DNA from: Podarcis vaucheri
Taxonomy: Eukaryota
Assembly (NCBI GenBank): GCA_965113315.1
Contig: OZ220371.1
Reading direction: 5' to 3' (one strand)
DNA: 64,000 bases
Shown here: positions 48,782 to 61,526 of the stretch, in pieces
How the letters are laid out: each line of letters opens with the position of its first letter
Numbering within the stretch: the first letter of the stretch is position 1
Notes under the pieces: generated by a model
Database searches by the model: none
Told to the model about the DNA's origin: nothing
The model's input: the letters and a program-made list of their open reading frames with translations, nothing else
Translations under genes and position numbers: made by a program

Positions 48782-49254
48782 CAGAGTTTGGAAAGTTCAT
48801 TTTTAAAAAGGAACTAATTTCAACATGCACCAAAAGGAACTCATTCCAGTTCACACCCATCCCTTACAAAGTGAACTAGTTCAGGTCATGTTCAGTTCAC
48901 AGATCAATTCAAGTTCTTCCAAATGATCATTGGCATTTTTTGGTCAACATACAGAATGTTACAAGCTGGGGTGCTAAAATACAAAATATTTTATATTTTA
49001 TATAAAACCAAACGAGCAAGTGAATGTGAATAGTTTATTTTAATTCTCCCCAACGATTATGATCTTTAAACTGAAAGTCCCAAAGAGTCTAAAAAATAAA
49101 AAGTAAGAATTATCCTGAAGATGAACCCCAAAATGAACTTAATTCATATTCACTTCCCCCAGCAATTATGGGAACTACTTTGGGGTGTAGTCCAGAGCTT
49201 TTTGGACTTATTCAGTGAACATTAAACGAAACTAGTTCATTCCCCAAAGCACTG
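48782..49254. mobile_element. Old DNA transposon-like element
   Basis: CAGAGTTTGGAAAGTTCA ... CCCCAAAGCACTG termini and repeated GAACTAGTTCA subterminal motifs. Confidence 0.4.
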
Positions 49255-50311
49255 CGTTTTACTTTTGCAGCCCAGAGATGTCACAGCCCTAGCTTCTTTC
49301 TAAAGGAAAAGTCTATCACCATGAGCTGGCTTACTTAAGAAAAGTAGATTTGAATAAATAATGGGAGGTGCTGGCCAGTATGGAGCAGAACATGAGTGAA
49401 ATATTACCTTAAGCAGTTTTTAGCTAGAATAACTAATATTGCCAATTTTCGACAGCAACTTGAATCAGATGAATGTACTGGTTTTGTCAAAGCATCACTC
49501 TGTTTGTGCCACACCATCTCATTCTTTATAGTCCCCCTTTTTCTCCCTCTCTCTTTTTACATTCACTTTGCTAATGTATAAAACACATGCACCCCCTTGG
49601 AACGAAGCAGGGGTTTTTTTTTTGTCTTTGTCTAATGGGGAATCAAAACTTCAGTTGGAGACAGAAAATATTTATGGGGTTGTCACATTAGAGAAGTGAT
49701 GACAGAAAAGTCCCTATAGTCACAAATGAATGTGACATATCACACTCAATTTTGTGGTCTCTTTGGCTCCTGCCTAGCTAGTGTTTCCCTTGACATATAT
49801 GTTACCATGCTCAGATTCTATTACTATTACTATTTTAATAGTTCTTTGATATGCAGAAAAAATGGTAACCAGCCTAAACATGTGAAAAATGAAATCAGCC
49901 CTACGGAATCTTCAATATGCTGGGTTATATGTATTGACATTTTTCAAAGTCCATTTAGATTTATCCCAGTCAAAAGTCTTTTAGCACAATACGACTCCAA
50001 AATGGATTTTACATTCTGCTAATGTAAAAAATAAAATAAAATCACATGTTGCACATATATCCCACATTTTTCCATGATAAAATCAAAGTGGGACACAGTA
50101 TGTCCAGGTAGCGTCACATCTAAGCAATGATCAGATCCAGACTCACTTGGATTCAGCAAAGTGGCTGCGTCATGTGCCTTTATACCAGCACTTCCATTCT
50201 CAATGCAGCCACTTAGAAGGAAAGAATAATCAATGTGACCAAACAAATGAGATTTTTTTTTGGGGGGGGTGGATGGACGACTTGTTCAACATTAAGGCCT
50301 GTTCACATGAC

Positions 50312-50351
<40 letters not shown>

Positions 50352-50512
50352 TTTATTATTTGTACTCTTCCCATCTGACTGTGTTGCCCCAGCTACTCTG
50401 GGCAGCTTCCAGCATGTATAAAAACATAATAAAACATTAAGCATTAAAAAGCTTCCCTATACAAGGCTGCCTTCAGATGTCTTCTAAAGGTTATATACTC
50501 ATCTCCTTGGCC
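50312..50512 (-). mobile_element. L2-like 3' tail with (TTA)n microsatellite
   Basis: (TAA)13 followed by TTTATTATTTGTAC...CCCATCTGACTG.GTTGCCCCAGCTACTCTGGGCAGCTTCCA...GCTGCCTTCAGATGTCTTCTAAA. Confidence 0.7.
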
Positions 50513-50539
50513 AACTAACATATCCCATCAATGCAATGA

Positions 50540-50884
50540 TTTCTTTCTTTTTAAATTTCAATAAACAAAAACAAAACAAACATCAAGCTAAAAGCAATAA
50601 TAAAAACAGTCACAAACACATGCTGATAAAATAATAACCATAACAATCATGGAAAGCTTTTAAAAAAGAATGGGTAGTGTAAAATATATCCATAGTGGAA
50701 CACAAGGTTCATATTGATACCAGACATATGAAATAATCATGAATGCTGCCAATTAAACTCTTATTTAGTAAAATCTGTAAAATTGTTGAGTTATACAAAT
50801 CACAAACGGTCCCCAAACAAATGTAAAATTGGTGGAGTCTGCATCAACTTCGGCGGCATGTATTTTATGAGTCAGTTTCTCAGA
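50540..50884 (-). mobile_element. 5'-truncated L1 3' end
   Basis: Minus reading EKLTHKIHAAEVDADSTNFTFVWGPFV matches the non-mammalian L1 ORF2 C-terminal EKLT...F..W.PF pattern. Possible TSD AATGCAATGA / AATGGCAATGA. Confidence 0.6.
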
Positions 50885-51284
50885 AATGGCAATGAACATG
50901 ACTTTTTACAACCATCATTGCATAGATCAATGCAAGGATTTCCACTTGCACGATTGAACTTCCTTCCCTTTCCTCCACCTGCATCTCACCTAGATCTGTT
51001 CTAGGCATTTTCCCAACCCCACAGAGCAGATTTGGGAAGAAGTGGGGTGCAGGTATGGGGAGGGCAGAGGGAAAATTCCACTGCATAAATGTTAAGTTGG
51101 AGACTGCCTATAGTTTACAGTCATCTGTTGCTGATTTTCAGCCAACCTACCACAGGCTGGGTAAGATGGGTAAGTGTCCCATTGTTATGCAGTGTACTCA
51201 GTATATATTAAGCTCTGACAGCTGGAAATGGCAGTTGCAGTCAGGTGCAGCTGCTGCAATGCCAGGCAGTCTTCTGGCTTCGGC

Positions 51285-52639
51285 GTGATTGGGGAAGGAT
51301 ATCACTTCCTCCTCCACCAACTGCACTGGCTGCTGGGGCTTGCCGCAGGTAAGCTAGGGGATGTGGTTAGGGGGAGCAGACCAGAGGGAACACTTCTTGC
51401 CTCTAGTCCACTCCCTGGCTATAAAAGCCAGGTGCACCTAGGACCCAGTCTCAGTTGATTCCCCACCTACCCTAAGCATTATGAGAAAGTGAGTGGTTGC
51501 ATACGCTCTGGTTCGACTAGCTCCCTGCACCCTTGCAGGCAGCGCTGACCCAGCGCACCAGCATAGGTCAGCCAAGGGTGAACACCTGGGTAGGCAAAAA
51601 GCCGGGAACAGACTATGTTCACCACCCAGATGCCCCCCTGGACTCAGGCATGGGCACAACCCCCTTTCGGCAGTTGACCAAACCAGTTGAGTCTCTGGAT
51701 TCCTTTAACAGAATACCCTTCACATAGGGATGGCGAGACCATTCTCCCATCCCTATCACCTGAACCAGTGCCCATCCGCAACCTTACAAGTTGTGACAAT
51801 TTGCTACGTGGCAGGCGAAACCCAAATGGCAACAGCCAATTAGCCAAGTGGGGAAATTCCTGCCATGCCCCTATCCCAACAACAGACGACACACAACGGA
51901 ATAGCAAGGCCAATCACAAAATGGCCCAAATCTAGGGAGAGGTGGGAGGGTGTTCCGAATGCACAAACTGAAAGAGGAAGCTCTGGGTCATGTGTATGGG
52001 TATATATAGGTCCTTCAATCCATTTGGACTGTGCCCCATTGGCCAGATTGAACCCTACAATGAGGGACCTACCAATCGGGTGTTGTGGCTATCCAATCTC
52101 ACCCACCCACAACACAGGAGGTCAGTCTCCAGGTCTCACCGCAACACATGCCCTCTTTTAGTGAGGACACTTTTTGCCATATTCAGGACCAGGGAGGAAT
52201 TTAGATTGGACCTACCTCATAGCAACTGTCACAACTTGATGTCGAATAAGACATTGGGTTGGATCCTTAGTCAAGTGTATGGGGGAGCCCCTCCCTCTGC
52301 TCCAAGGAATCAGGGTATCCCGTTAAAGGAATGAACTCCCAATATGGTGATCTGGAAGGGGTCACCCTGATTTGATGTACAACATGGGGTGATCCTTAAC
52401 CTTGGTTAACCCTGCCAAATAGTGAACTAGTGGACCCTGGGTTTTGATCCAAGCAGAAAATAAGTTCATACTGAAGTGGGCAAACTAACTCAATACCTGC
52501 ACCAAAACTTGAAGACTTCTCGAATCAATAAAATTATAGCTTGTTTAATCCCCAAATAACCTGTGTTTATTGCAACTTCCCATGCCTTGGTCCCACAGCC
52601 CACAGTGGCTGTGCCTGGAAACAATGGGGAATTCACACA
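51285..52639 (+). mobile_element. Putative large solo LTR or LTR-like element
   Basis: GC-richer block with TATAAAA at ~51420, AATAAA at ~52527 and a ...TCACACA end. Left boundary and TSD not resolved. Confidence 0.5.
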
Positions 52640-53713
52640 GTTGTTTTGTCATGTGATGGACTGAACATTGTGCTTGTTTGAATAGGCCATGAACAGTGAA
52701 TTATTGCTATTGTTATTATTCCTTTATACATCACCTTACACCACAAAGGTCCCATGTTGACTTACAATACTGCAAAAAATACATACAAGACACATACAAC
52801 AAAAATCAAACTTCAACATCCAAAAGTTGAAACATCCAACCTCTCACAACACTACAGAGTGATCCACCATTAAAAACAACAAATTAATAAACCTTATACC
52901 AACCAATGAGAAAGCACAAGTAGAGATAAACTCTTTCTCGATATATGGGCTCCCTGTTCAGTCTTTGGCTTTATTTTTTCTTTCTTTCATAGATACGTTA
53001 AAGAGTTTAATAGTTCACATTGAAAGTCAGCATGAGAAAGACAAAATACTTTATTGTATTTCACACTGTGCTTTATGGCAATTTATCAAATTAAGAGCAT
53101 AGTTTTCAAGTGACCCTTCTGGCCTACCAAACAGTGTAAGTTACATTGGGAAAGCCCAGCTAAACTTCTCATTTTTAATATCACTTTCCTACCATGGGGC
53201 AGCAAAGTCTGAGAACTCTACTGTTAGCACCCGCTAGGCAGGTGTTAGTTATTGACTGTAAATATCAGTAACACATAATAATCTAGAAGCACTCTGTAAA
53301 ATCACTTCTTTTCTTCTGTAGCTATTCCTGTGGATAGGAACATAAAACGGTTACACCACATAGAATTATAATGTGTGTGTGAGAGGCACCAAGGTTGATT
53401 CCCAGACTTATTCCACCAGAGCCACCAAAAGAATGCTCTTTGTTCAGTACTGACCTGCAGTGCTTAATTTCAGCTGGATCTCAGCACAGCTTAACCCCGG
53501 AACACCATGGGAAATATTTCAGGATCAAAAACCCATCCCTGGAAATGTGTGTCCTAACCAAAGTGGGAGGTTTGGGAAGACTAAAAAAAACCCCATAGGG
53601 TCAACTTCCTTTGAGCTCTATATGTCTACTCTGCTGGGCAGTGGCCCTCCAAGGTGTCAAGCAGAGATTTTTAACATTGCATCCGAGTTGGGATGCAGTG
53701 CAACTAAGTAATA

Positions 53714-53959
53714 CAGTGGTATCTCAGGTTACAGACACTTCAGGTTACAGATGCTTCAGGTTACAGACTCCGCTAACCCAGAAATATTACCTTGGGTTAA
53801 GAACTTTGCTTCAGGATGACAACAGAAATCACACGGCAGCGGGGCAGCGGCAGCGGGAGGCCCCATTAGCTAGCTGAAGTGGTGCTTCAGGTTAAGAACA
53901 GTTTCAGGTTAAGAACAGACCTCCAGAACAAATTAAGTTCTTAACCCGAGGTACCACTG
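53714..53959. mobile_element. Tigger-like MITE
   Basis: TIR CAGTGGTATCTCAGGTTA / TAACCCGAGGTACCACTG, TA TSD. Same family as 34335 and 60443, opposite orientation. Confidence 0.88.
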
Positions 53960-54769
53960 TACTACCTTTCTAGCACTCGCTGCACAGTTAAAATTGGGGA
54001 GAGGGGCTTTCAGGACTGTAAAGATTTCTTACAAGCAGTTTCAATTCCTAGCATCTTATTATTTGGGAGCACTTTATAGTAGGATAGGTGCCAGGTTGTA
54101 AATTCCACTTCCTTTGCCTGTTGCAGTTGGGTGGGATCTTGGCTGCCTTTTGAACAGCCAGTTATGAGCCCAGATGTGGAGGGCGCATGGGATTTCACAT
54201 CATTATAGATAATCTGATTGGCTCCTGGCAGTGGCTTGTTGTGCTTCTGTGCATTGATTCATTCCAGGTATAATGCACCAAATATGTGTCGCACCAGGAT
54301 GCTGCTCCTTAAACTTTAGTGGACGCCGTCCGCACAGATTATTTAACAATGTTTACCCCTGAAAATATTGCTGCTATTTTTAACAGGAGGGTTCGTACAT
54401 AAGGTTTCTATTGTCCATGCAAGAAAAAGAGGGAAGCAGAATCAATTTCCTCTTTAACATATTGATAAACAACTCCAGATATAGGGTCTGGAGTCAAGGG
54501 TGGGGGAGAGGGACACTCAATTTACCTTTGTATGACCTGCGTAGGAATGCTGGAAAAATTAATTCCAGAATATTATGTCAACATTCCTTGAAGTTGTGGA
54601 TATGATTTACATAGTAGGTCTTCTCTCTTTGTCCAGCTTCTTTCATCTTGTTACTGTAAATTGCTTTCATTTCCCCCCCCCACCAACCACCCCACCCCAA
54701 TCTGTATGCTTGAGGTATTGTTGTGATAAATTATAGAGGTACAGAACTGAAAATGGTGTGTAGATTGTC

Positions 54770-55700
54770 TAAGAAATTGAGTGCAGTCAGCCTTAAAAGT
54801 GGTGAATGATGTGCTAAAGCAGCTACCTTACCCTGGTCATGTCACATATGTCGTCAATGAGCAGCTGCTTTTAACTTTTGCCTTCGCCCAGGGGCACTCG
54901 AGAGCAGCTGGATTTATTGAATTAATAACTGCTCCATTTGGGGGTGTTTTGTTTTCCCGTGACCGTGAAATCTGGCTATAATGTTAGCAAAGTGTAAGAC
55001 AGGGCTCCTTTCACCCAAACAAGGTGATGTCTTCTCTTTTCTCATCATTTACCTCTGCATCTTCAAGGTGGAAGATAATTGGGAAATCCCTGATGAGTTG
55101 TGGAATGAAATCATCCCTGGAATTGCAGGGAGATGGAATTTAGTGTGGAGCAGTATGTCCACCAACAAGAGGGAAGCGATTACGCAGAACTCAAGAGTTA
55201 ACTGGTTTCTCCTGCAGGTTTCCAGAGACTGCTGTACCTGTTTGAACATTCCCACTTTGTAATCGGATTCTTCATCCTGACCTCTTCATATCCCCCAAGT
55301 CTTTCGATGGTAAGTTATAATCAGCTGTACCCTAATCTCTTTATGTGATTTGGGCACATTCTTCAAGGGGGAACCAAACTGAGCGGGCCGCCTGGGAAAC
55401 GGTGGCAATATGCCGCACACATGGAGAAGGTTGAATCAGTGACCTCTCATGCCTTTGACCACAGAAGAGTGAGGTAAGCGCCCTACCGCAGCGCAACAGG
55501 GCAATTGTGATTAATGGGCTTTTGTTTTGAGTTACTATTATTCATGGCGGCTCATTTTTCAGAAACAATACATGAGGTACCACTTTCAGATTTCAGTGAC
55601 TATGATACATATTAAAGCCCTCGCCACTTTACATGGTTCTTATATCTCACCGAAAGTACTGGCGTCACCTTCGTTTTATGAAGGAGGGAAAACCCAGGGA
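54770..55700. promoter_or_regulatory. Putative conserved regulatory or non-coding-exon block
   Basis: TE-free, locally CpG-retaining (55380-55500), with strong splice-like signals at 55218, 55309 and 55473. Confidence 0.4.
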
Positions 55701-56400
55701 GATTCAGTTTGCTTTTCTCTGGTCTGTAACTTGTTTTATTTACACACGGGGCACTGATTTTATCCTATGTGCGGTGGATTTTGTTTGTTTTATGTATGCA
55801 CTTTAATTCCTTTATTTAGTCTGTCTCAACAAAGCAAGAGGTCTACTGAGGCCACACCTATTTGATATTGAGCAACAGAACAATCTGTCTGGCACAAGAA
55901 AATTACGTGCTTGGTATAACCGTTTTCAGCGTGGTCCTCCTTGTACTATGGCATCTTATCTACAAGATCTAACAGTTTGCAGACATAGAAAGGTTTTTTC
56001 AAGTGTGCAACTGAATGTACTGTGTTCAGCAGCACTTGAACACTCATCGAAGAGAATTCCATTCCAAAATTGAGTCTCTCCATGTGGAAATGGCAGTGTT
56101 GAAACATACGTTCATGTATTGCTATTTTACTTTTTTTTTTACAGAAATGTCCATAAAAATGAACTTATTCCATTATTGTTATCTTATGAAGCACATGCAT
56201 CTCATTTTTATGTGACTTTTCCCCTTGCAGACCACAACAAGCTGGTGACAGAAGAGTATGCAAAATGTCTAGCAGTTGCCATTAAAGCAAGGGTGACGAT
56301 GGTGCGGTCTGATTCTTAAATTTGTATAGTTTTAAATTTGTAAACTGTGGGTGGTATTCACAACTAGCCCTCCTCGAATTAGACCCTATGAGGTTAGAGT

Positions 56401-56542
56401 CTAACTAAGTTTCCCTAATTTGGCTAACTAAGCTAAGTTTCCCTAATTTCAGTGAGTCTAATCTGAAAAGGATTTACTAACTAAGTTAGTGGCTAACTAA
56501 GTTTCCCTAATTTCAGTGGGTCTAATCTGAAAAGGACTTACT
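56401..56542 (+). repeat. Local complex tandem duplication
   Basis: CTAAGTTTCCCTAATTT occurs three times and TCAGTG(A/G)GTCTAATCTGAAAAGGA(T/C)TTACT twice. Confidence 0.85.
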
Positions 56543-56648
56543 GTTTATATATTTTTATTTATCAAATTTGTATACCACCCTTCATCAATAGATCTCAGGG
56601 CAGTTCCCAGCATACCTACCACTCTATATCTCTTCAATTCAGTTTTTA

Positions 56649-56971
56649 CAGTGGTGCCTCGCAAGACGAATGCCTCGCAAGACGAAAAACGCGCAAGACG
56701 AAAGAGTTTTCTGTTTTTTGAATCATTCCACAAGACGAATTTCCCTATGGGCTTGCTTCGCAAGACGAAACATCTTGCAAGTTCTTGCGAGTTTGTTTCC
56801 TTTTTCTTAAAGCCGCTAAGCTGTTAATAGCCGCTAAGCCATTAATAGCTGCTCAGCCGTTAATAGCCGCTAAGCCGCTAAGCCGCTAATAGCCGTGCTT
56901 CGCAAGACGAAAAAACCGCAAGGCGAAGAGAGTCGCAGAACGGATTAATTTCGTCTTGCGAGGCACCACTG
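56649..56971. mobile_element. Young Tigger-like MITE with perfect 22-bp TIRs
   Basis: CAGTGGTGCCTCGCAAGACGAA / TTCGTCTTGCGAGGCACCACTG, TA TSD. Internal CAAGACGAA and AGCCGCTA repeats. Confidence 0.92.
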
Positions 56972-57534
56972 TACATGTTTGACGTACTCTCTATAAATTG
57001 CAGTAGCTGATGTAAATACATTGCTGTCTATTCATTTTTCTTATTGTCTGCATTCATGCTACGTTATGTTTGTTAGAAATTTTTTGTATGAAAAATGTTT
57101 TTTAAAAAAATGTTTAGAAATAATAATAATAAAAGTCTTGTGAGGGTTGCAAAAGAATGGAGGGGATTACATAGCAGATGTATCACTAGGGCTGAATCCC
57201 AGTGATTTTTCTTTTCTTTCCTAAACCTTTATTTTCATAGCATATTTTCTGGAGGAATCAAAACTGAAGACTGGAGAGCTTTGTGTTAATGTTTGTATCT
57301 GTTAGTTTTGGGGCCATCTGAATTGGCTGAATCCTTGTTGCCAGTGGCCAGTTGCCATATCAAAAATCATGTGAGATTTATTTATTTTTAAACGTGTCCA
57401 AACCTCTTTGTCCTGGGACTGACTTTAAATGGATTTCACCTCTTCCTTCTGTGGCTTCCCAGACCTCCCTGCTGGTCGCTCCTTCCTTGCATTTTATTCT
57501 TAACCACACCTGAAACCAAGCTATGTAACCCCAG

Positions 57535-57733
57535 TTCTGAAGCTGGCTTGGGTATGCATCCATGATGGCTCTAATGCTTCTGAATCTCAGTTGCTGGAAA
57601 CCACTGGAAGAAAACAAGGCTCCTGTGCTTGAATCCTGCTTGCTGCTTTCCCACAGGCATGTGGTTGGCTTCTGTGAGAACAGGATGCTGGACTATATGG
57701 GCCAATGGCCTGATCCAGCAGGCTCGTCTTAAG
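57535..57733 (+). mobile_element. Older CR1 3' UTR fragment
   Basis: ...CTGTGAGAACAGGATGCTGGACTATATGGGCCAATGGCCTGATCCAGCAGGCTC.TCTTA, the reverse complement of the 48405 and 63018 family. Confidence 0.7.
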
Positions 57734-57774
57734 TTTGAGAATAGCACATGGGTACTCCTAAAGCTCTAAGCTAA

Positions 57775-58058
57775 CTCAAAAGAGGGCCTTCTCTGTGTTG
57801 TGGAATGATCTCCCATTGAAAGTGCATCTGGCACTCATAGGATTGTACTGCTTATTAAAAATACCTCTGTTTTACTCAGGCATTCTCAGGTCCTCATTTT
57901 TAACACCAGCTTTCAATGAACCTCTGGATATATTTTTTGTCTGTTTTGATTCATTTTAGCTCTACGGCCTTATTGCATTGCTCTTACTTTTGCAAAACGC
58001 CTTGTAATCTTTCTGGTGGAAGGTGGTATATAAGTGATTTGAAACAAACAAATAATAA
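57775..58058 (+). mobile_element. Old L2-like 3' fragment
   Basis: AGAGGGCCTTCTCTGTG.TGTGGAATGATCTCCC...AAAACGCCTTG...AGGTGGTATATAAGT...AAATAATAA tail. Confidence 0.5.
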
Positions 58059-58446
58059 GTGAGTATCTGGATTTGCTGTCTTGTGTGACAATGCAAAGTA
58101 CAATTTTTCATTGCTTACAACGTTTCCCTTTGTATTTCTGGCAGACTAAAGCAGCCTCCTGCTAGGGTTGTTCTTGGGCTACAGTTCCCATCAGCCCCAG
58201 ACAGTATGTCCAAAGGACAGGGATTATGGGAGCTATAGTTCAAAACATCTAGAAGGCACCAGGTTGGGGAATGCTGCTCTTGAGAAACACTGGTGAGAAC
58301 TTTGATTCCATGAAATAAGATGGCAGATAGTTTAAGGTTGATTCATGGGAACAAAAATTGCTTTGCTGGTTTATCACACCAGCTGTAACCACAAAACAAA
58401 CATTGAGAAGTTAGAAAACTGGGACTTACACCTGGTTAATACATTT

Positions 58447-58930
58447 AGAGATGAGAGTAGAAATTTGTTTGAGTTCACCTTTAAGAGTGAACTTACCCAA
58501 TTCACACCCTCTGAAACAATACAGAAGCTGAAATGCAGCCACGACCCAACACCACCCTTCAAGATATGCACATATCCAAATTTTGCAATACAGTTCTCCA
58601 GCCAAGGAACACATACCAAAATGCAATTGAAACTGGATATACCAGTTCAAAATAATATATATAAATGTATTGGGCAAAAATGCTTTGCAAAAATGTGTAC
58701 ATTAGGCACAACTGCTTCAGAAATGGGCATAATAAGAGAAACTCATCCCTCCATGTTAAATGAATTTTCATGAGGACTTTTTTAAAAAAAATAAATGTAT
58801 AAATAAATAAATCAGAAACTGATATGGAAATGTGGAGAAGGGAACTTAAGACTGGAAAAATGAAAAAAAAACTGACAGAAGTGGACATATTCAGCCATTT
58901 CTGAATAAACCAATCAGATGGGGGGGGGGG
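58447..58930. mobile_element. ~450-bp interspersed repeat (opposite orientation to 37568 and 42846)
   Basis: CAGTTCTCCAGCCAAG...AAACTGATATGGAAATGTGGAGAA is the reverse complement of motifs in the 37568 copy. Confidence 0.6.
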
Positions 58931-59429
58931 TAGGTAAGTGTTCATTCATTTTACAATCCGCCAAAAAATATATTTAACCACCCTACATCTGTGATCTTTT
59001 CAGGGGTAGAGATTTTGCGAATCAAGATACTGCAGGTGTGGGCTCCTGTGTGGAGGCCTCATATAATACTTGTTTCTGGGCACATGGAGGCCAAATCCCC
59101 CCCCCCCCCCGCAAGTGATACTGGGGTTGAGGACAATGGACAATGACTCTCCTAATGATAAGGTCATCAATGGTAATGCAGTCCTATATATTGGATCTCT
59201 TGAAAATGAATGGTGTTAGAAAATATATTCATTTCAAAAGGAAAGAAAGAATCATATCCCATAAGTATAACCTGAGTGAGAGTATCCTATTAGCTGCTGT
59301 TTTCTTCTTTTCCTTTTTTTCAGGACAAAATGATTTAATCCTTAGTAGTTATAATAAAATGATTCGCCTGTCCAGGGTATAAATGGATTCCCTTCTCTCC
59401 GTCCTGGATTTATATATAGAACCAAATTC

Positions 59430-59975
59430 TACATGGTCAGGCAACTGATTTATCTTTTGCATCTGGCACAGAGCAGTAATGATTCACTCCTTTTCAAGAC
59501 TAGTTTGGCAAGTTTATCTTGCTTGCCGCTTGCATTTCTGAAAATGAAAATATATTCCACCGCTTTTGATGTGTCGATTGGGAAGAAGGTAAAGACAGCT
59601 GCACACACATCCCAAGAGAGCCAGCTCAATGGCTAAATGAAGACCTCGAGTGCTTTCTTGTTAGCCAAGATAGATCTACATCCAGATGAACCAAAAATTA
59701 GTCAATAGTGAAGGCTCTTAGGAGTAGGCGATCAGAAGCCACAAATCAGTTTTCCTGGGGACTTTGTTATTGGCAGATTGTGCCTTAGGCTATGCCCTGC
59801 TGCTGCTTGCCTGGCCGTAATTTTTCCCCAAGTGAAGTTTTAAAGTCACAGGCTGAGGCTATAATGGCAGTCTCTTGACGATGAGGCTGTCACCAGCCCA
59901 TCAGATATCAATCTGTTCTCAAACAAATTGTCTGTGGCTTTAATACGACCACCTTTTCGCTATTTAATGCACATA
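59430..59975. promoter_or_regulatory. Putative conserved non-coding element
   Basis: TGATTTAT PBX-HOX motif (~59446), CTGTCA MEIS motif (~59887), retained CpGs, TE-free. Function inferred. Confidence 0.35.
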
Positions 59976-60442
59976 GGTGCTTGCGCATGCATGCCCATTC
60001 CTAACATGACCTTGCAGCCCAAGTTTTCGCATGTTTACTTAGAAGTAATCTCACGTAAGATGATAGCCTAATTTCTCTAGATGTAAATTCATGTATTTTT
60101 TTACGCAGTGGAAAGCACTGAATATGTGCTCTTAGTTTGAACTGGTGACAGTGTATGAAACCTGTCCTATGTGGGACAGAATGATGGGCCTATCTGTCTC
60201 AGTCAATGTACTCTCCCGTACCTGGATAGTAATAGATGTTACACAACTCCAGAAGTGTATTAAAAATGGCAAGACTGCCACCTCATACACCATGGGTGGT
60301 CGACTTTTAAAAGTGGTATCATAGGGCTTTAATACATGGTGCGAATGTGGCCTCTGTCAGGCACATCGACTGCACACTCATTGAATATTCAGTGTGGATT
60401 ACTGTTGACGTATACAGTTCAACTGTGTGCACAGACCATATA

Positions 60443-60676
60443 CAGTGGTACCTCTGCTTACGAACTTAATTTGTTCCGGACGTCCGTTCTTAACCTGAAA
60501 CTGTTCTTAACCTGAGGTACCACTTTAGCTAATGGGGCCTCCCGCTGCTGGTGGTGCGTGATTTCTGTTCTCATCCTGAGGTAAAGTTCTTAACCCAAGG
60601 TATTACTTCCGGGTTAGCGGAGTCTGTAACCCGAAGTGTTTGTAACCCGAGGTGTTTGTAACCTGAGGTACCACTG
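60443..60676. mobile_element. Tigger-like MITE
   Basis: TIR CAGTGGTACCTC / GAGGTACCACTG with TA TSD. Confidence 0.88.
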
Positions 60677-60842
60677 TACTCACTGAATGTAGCATGTGAA
60701 CACTCCTACCATGTTACGGCATAGAGCATACTTTTTGTAGGGGAGTACTCAAACTTTTGTTCCCCTACTGAAGTAGGTGCAGTTTAGCAACAGGTACACC
60801 ATTGTGTATCCTCCTGGCTTTTAAAGTGCATACTTCAAGGTA

Positions 60843-60989
60843 TGGATTGGTAGAGTTGGTAGAGCAGGAGATTCTTAATCTCAGGGTCATGGATTCAAGG
60901 ATTCACTGACAAAATATTGCTGCATAGCAGTGGGTTGTACTAGATGACCCTCACGGTCCCTTCCAACTCTACAATTCTATGATTCTATG
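60843..60989 (+). mobile_element. tRNA(Lys)-derived SINE with CR1-type (ATTCTATG)n tail
   Basis: GTTGGTAGAGCAGGAGATTCTTAATCTCAGGGTC head; GGTCCCTTCCAACTCTACAATTCTATGATTCTATG tail. Confidence 0.78.
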
Positions 60990-61070
60990 CATATGCAGCT
61001 CTCCTTTTGTTCCCTATCTTCTGACATCAGATAAAAGAGATCTGGCACTTTAAGTTTCGGGCAAAGGTGT

Positions 61071-61526
61071 TGTGATGATAGCGCCCCTTTAAGACTTTTT
61101 ATGGGAATGGGTTAGAACCTCAGAAATAATGAGTTGTCTCCTGTTGAGGCTTCAAGGCCATTGTCACAAGGTAATTGGCTGGAAGAGGTGAACACCCATG
61201 GTCTAAAAACCAGGATTGGTGGGAGCTCTCAGCAACCAGCCAGCCAAGGTCAGCGTCTATTTGGGCTTTTGACAGCATCTTGTTCTGTTGCTCAGCCTAC
61301 TGAGATTTAAGTGTAAGCGTTTATGTTAATTAGCAGGATAAGTTAGTGTTTGTTGTTTTCTTCCCTTCTGAGCTATTTTAATCTGTGTCATTATTTGGAG
61401 TTTGTCTCTTTTGTAGAGTTTTGTTTTAGTAAAGTCTATGTATAATTTTAGGAAATTTGGTCTGGTCCGAGTTCCTGAACCCTTTAATTTTGATCACGCT
61501 TTTTGGAGCAAGGGTCATCTACCACA
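61071..61526 (+). mobile_element. Solo LTR, 456 bp, 5-bp TSD
   Basis: TGTG...CACA termini. TSD GGTGT at 61066-61070 and 61527-61531. AGTAAA poly(A)-like signal near 61428. Confidence 0.75.

Noticed and set aside
56649-56971. CRISPR-like repeat-spacer array
   Set aside because: Short irregular repeats inside a TIR- and TA-bounded MITE in a vertebrate genome; no cas genes.
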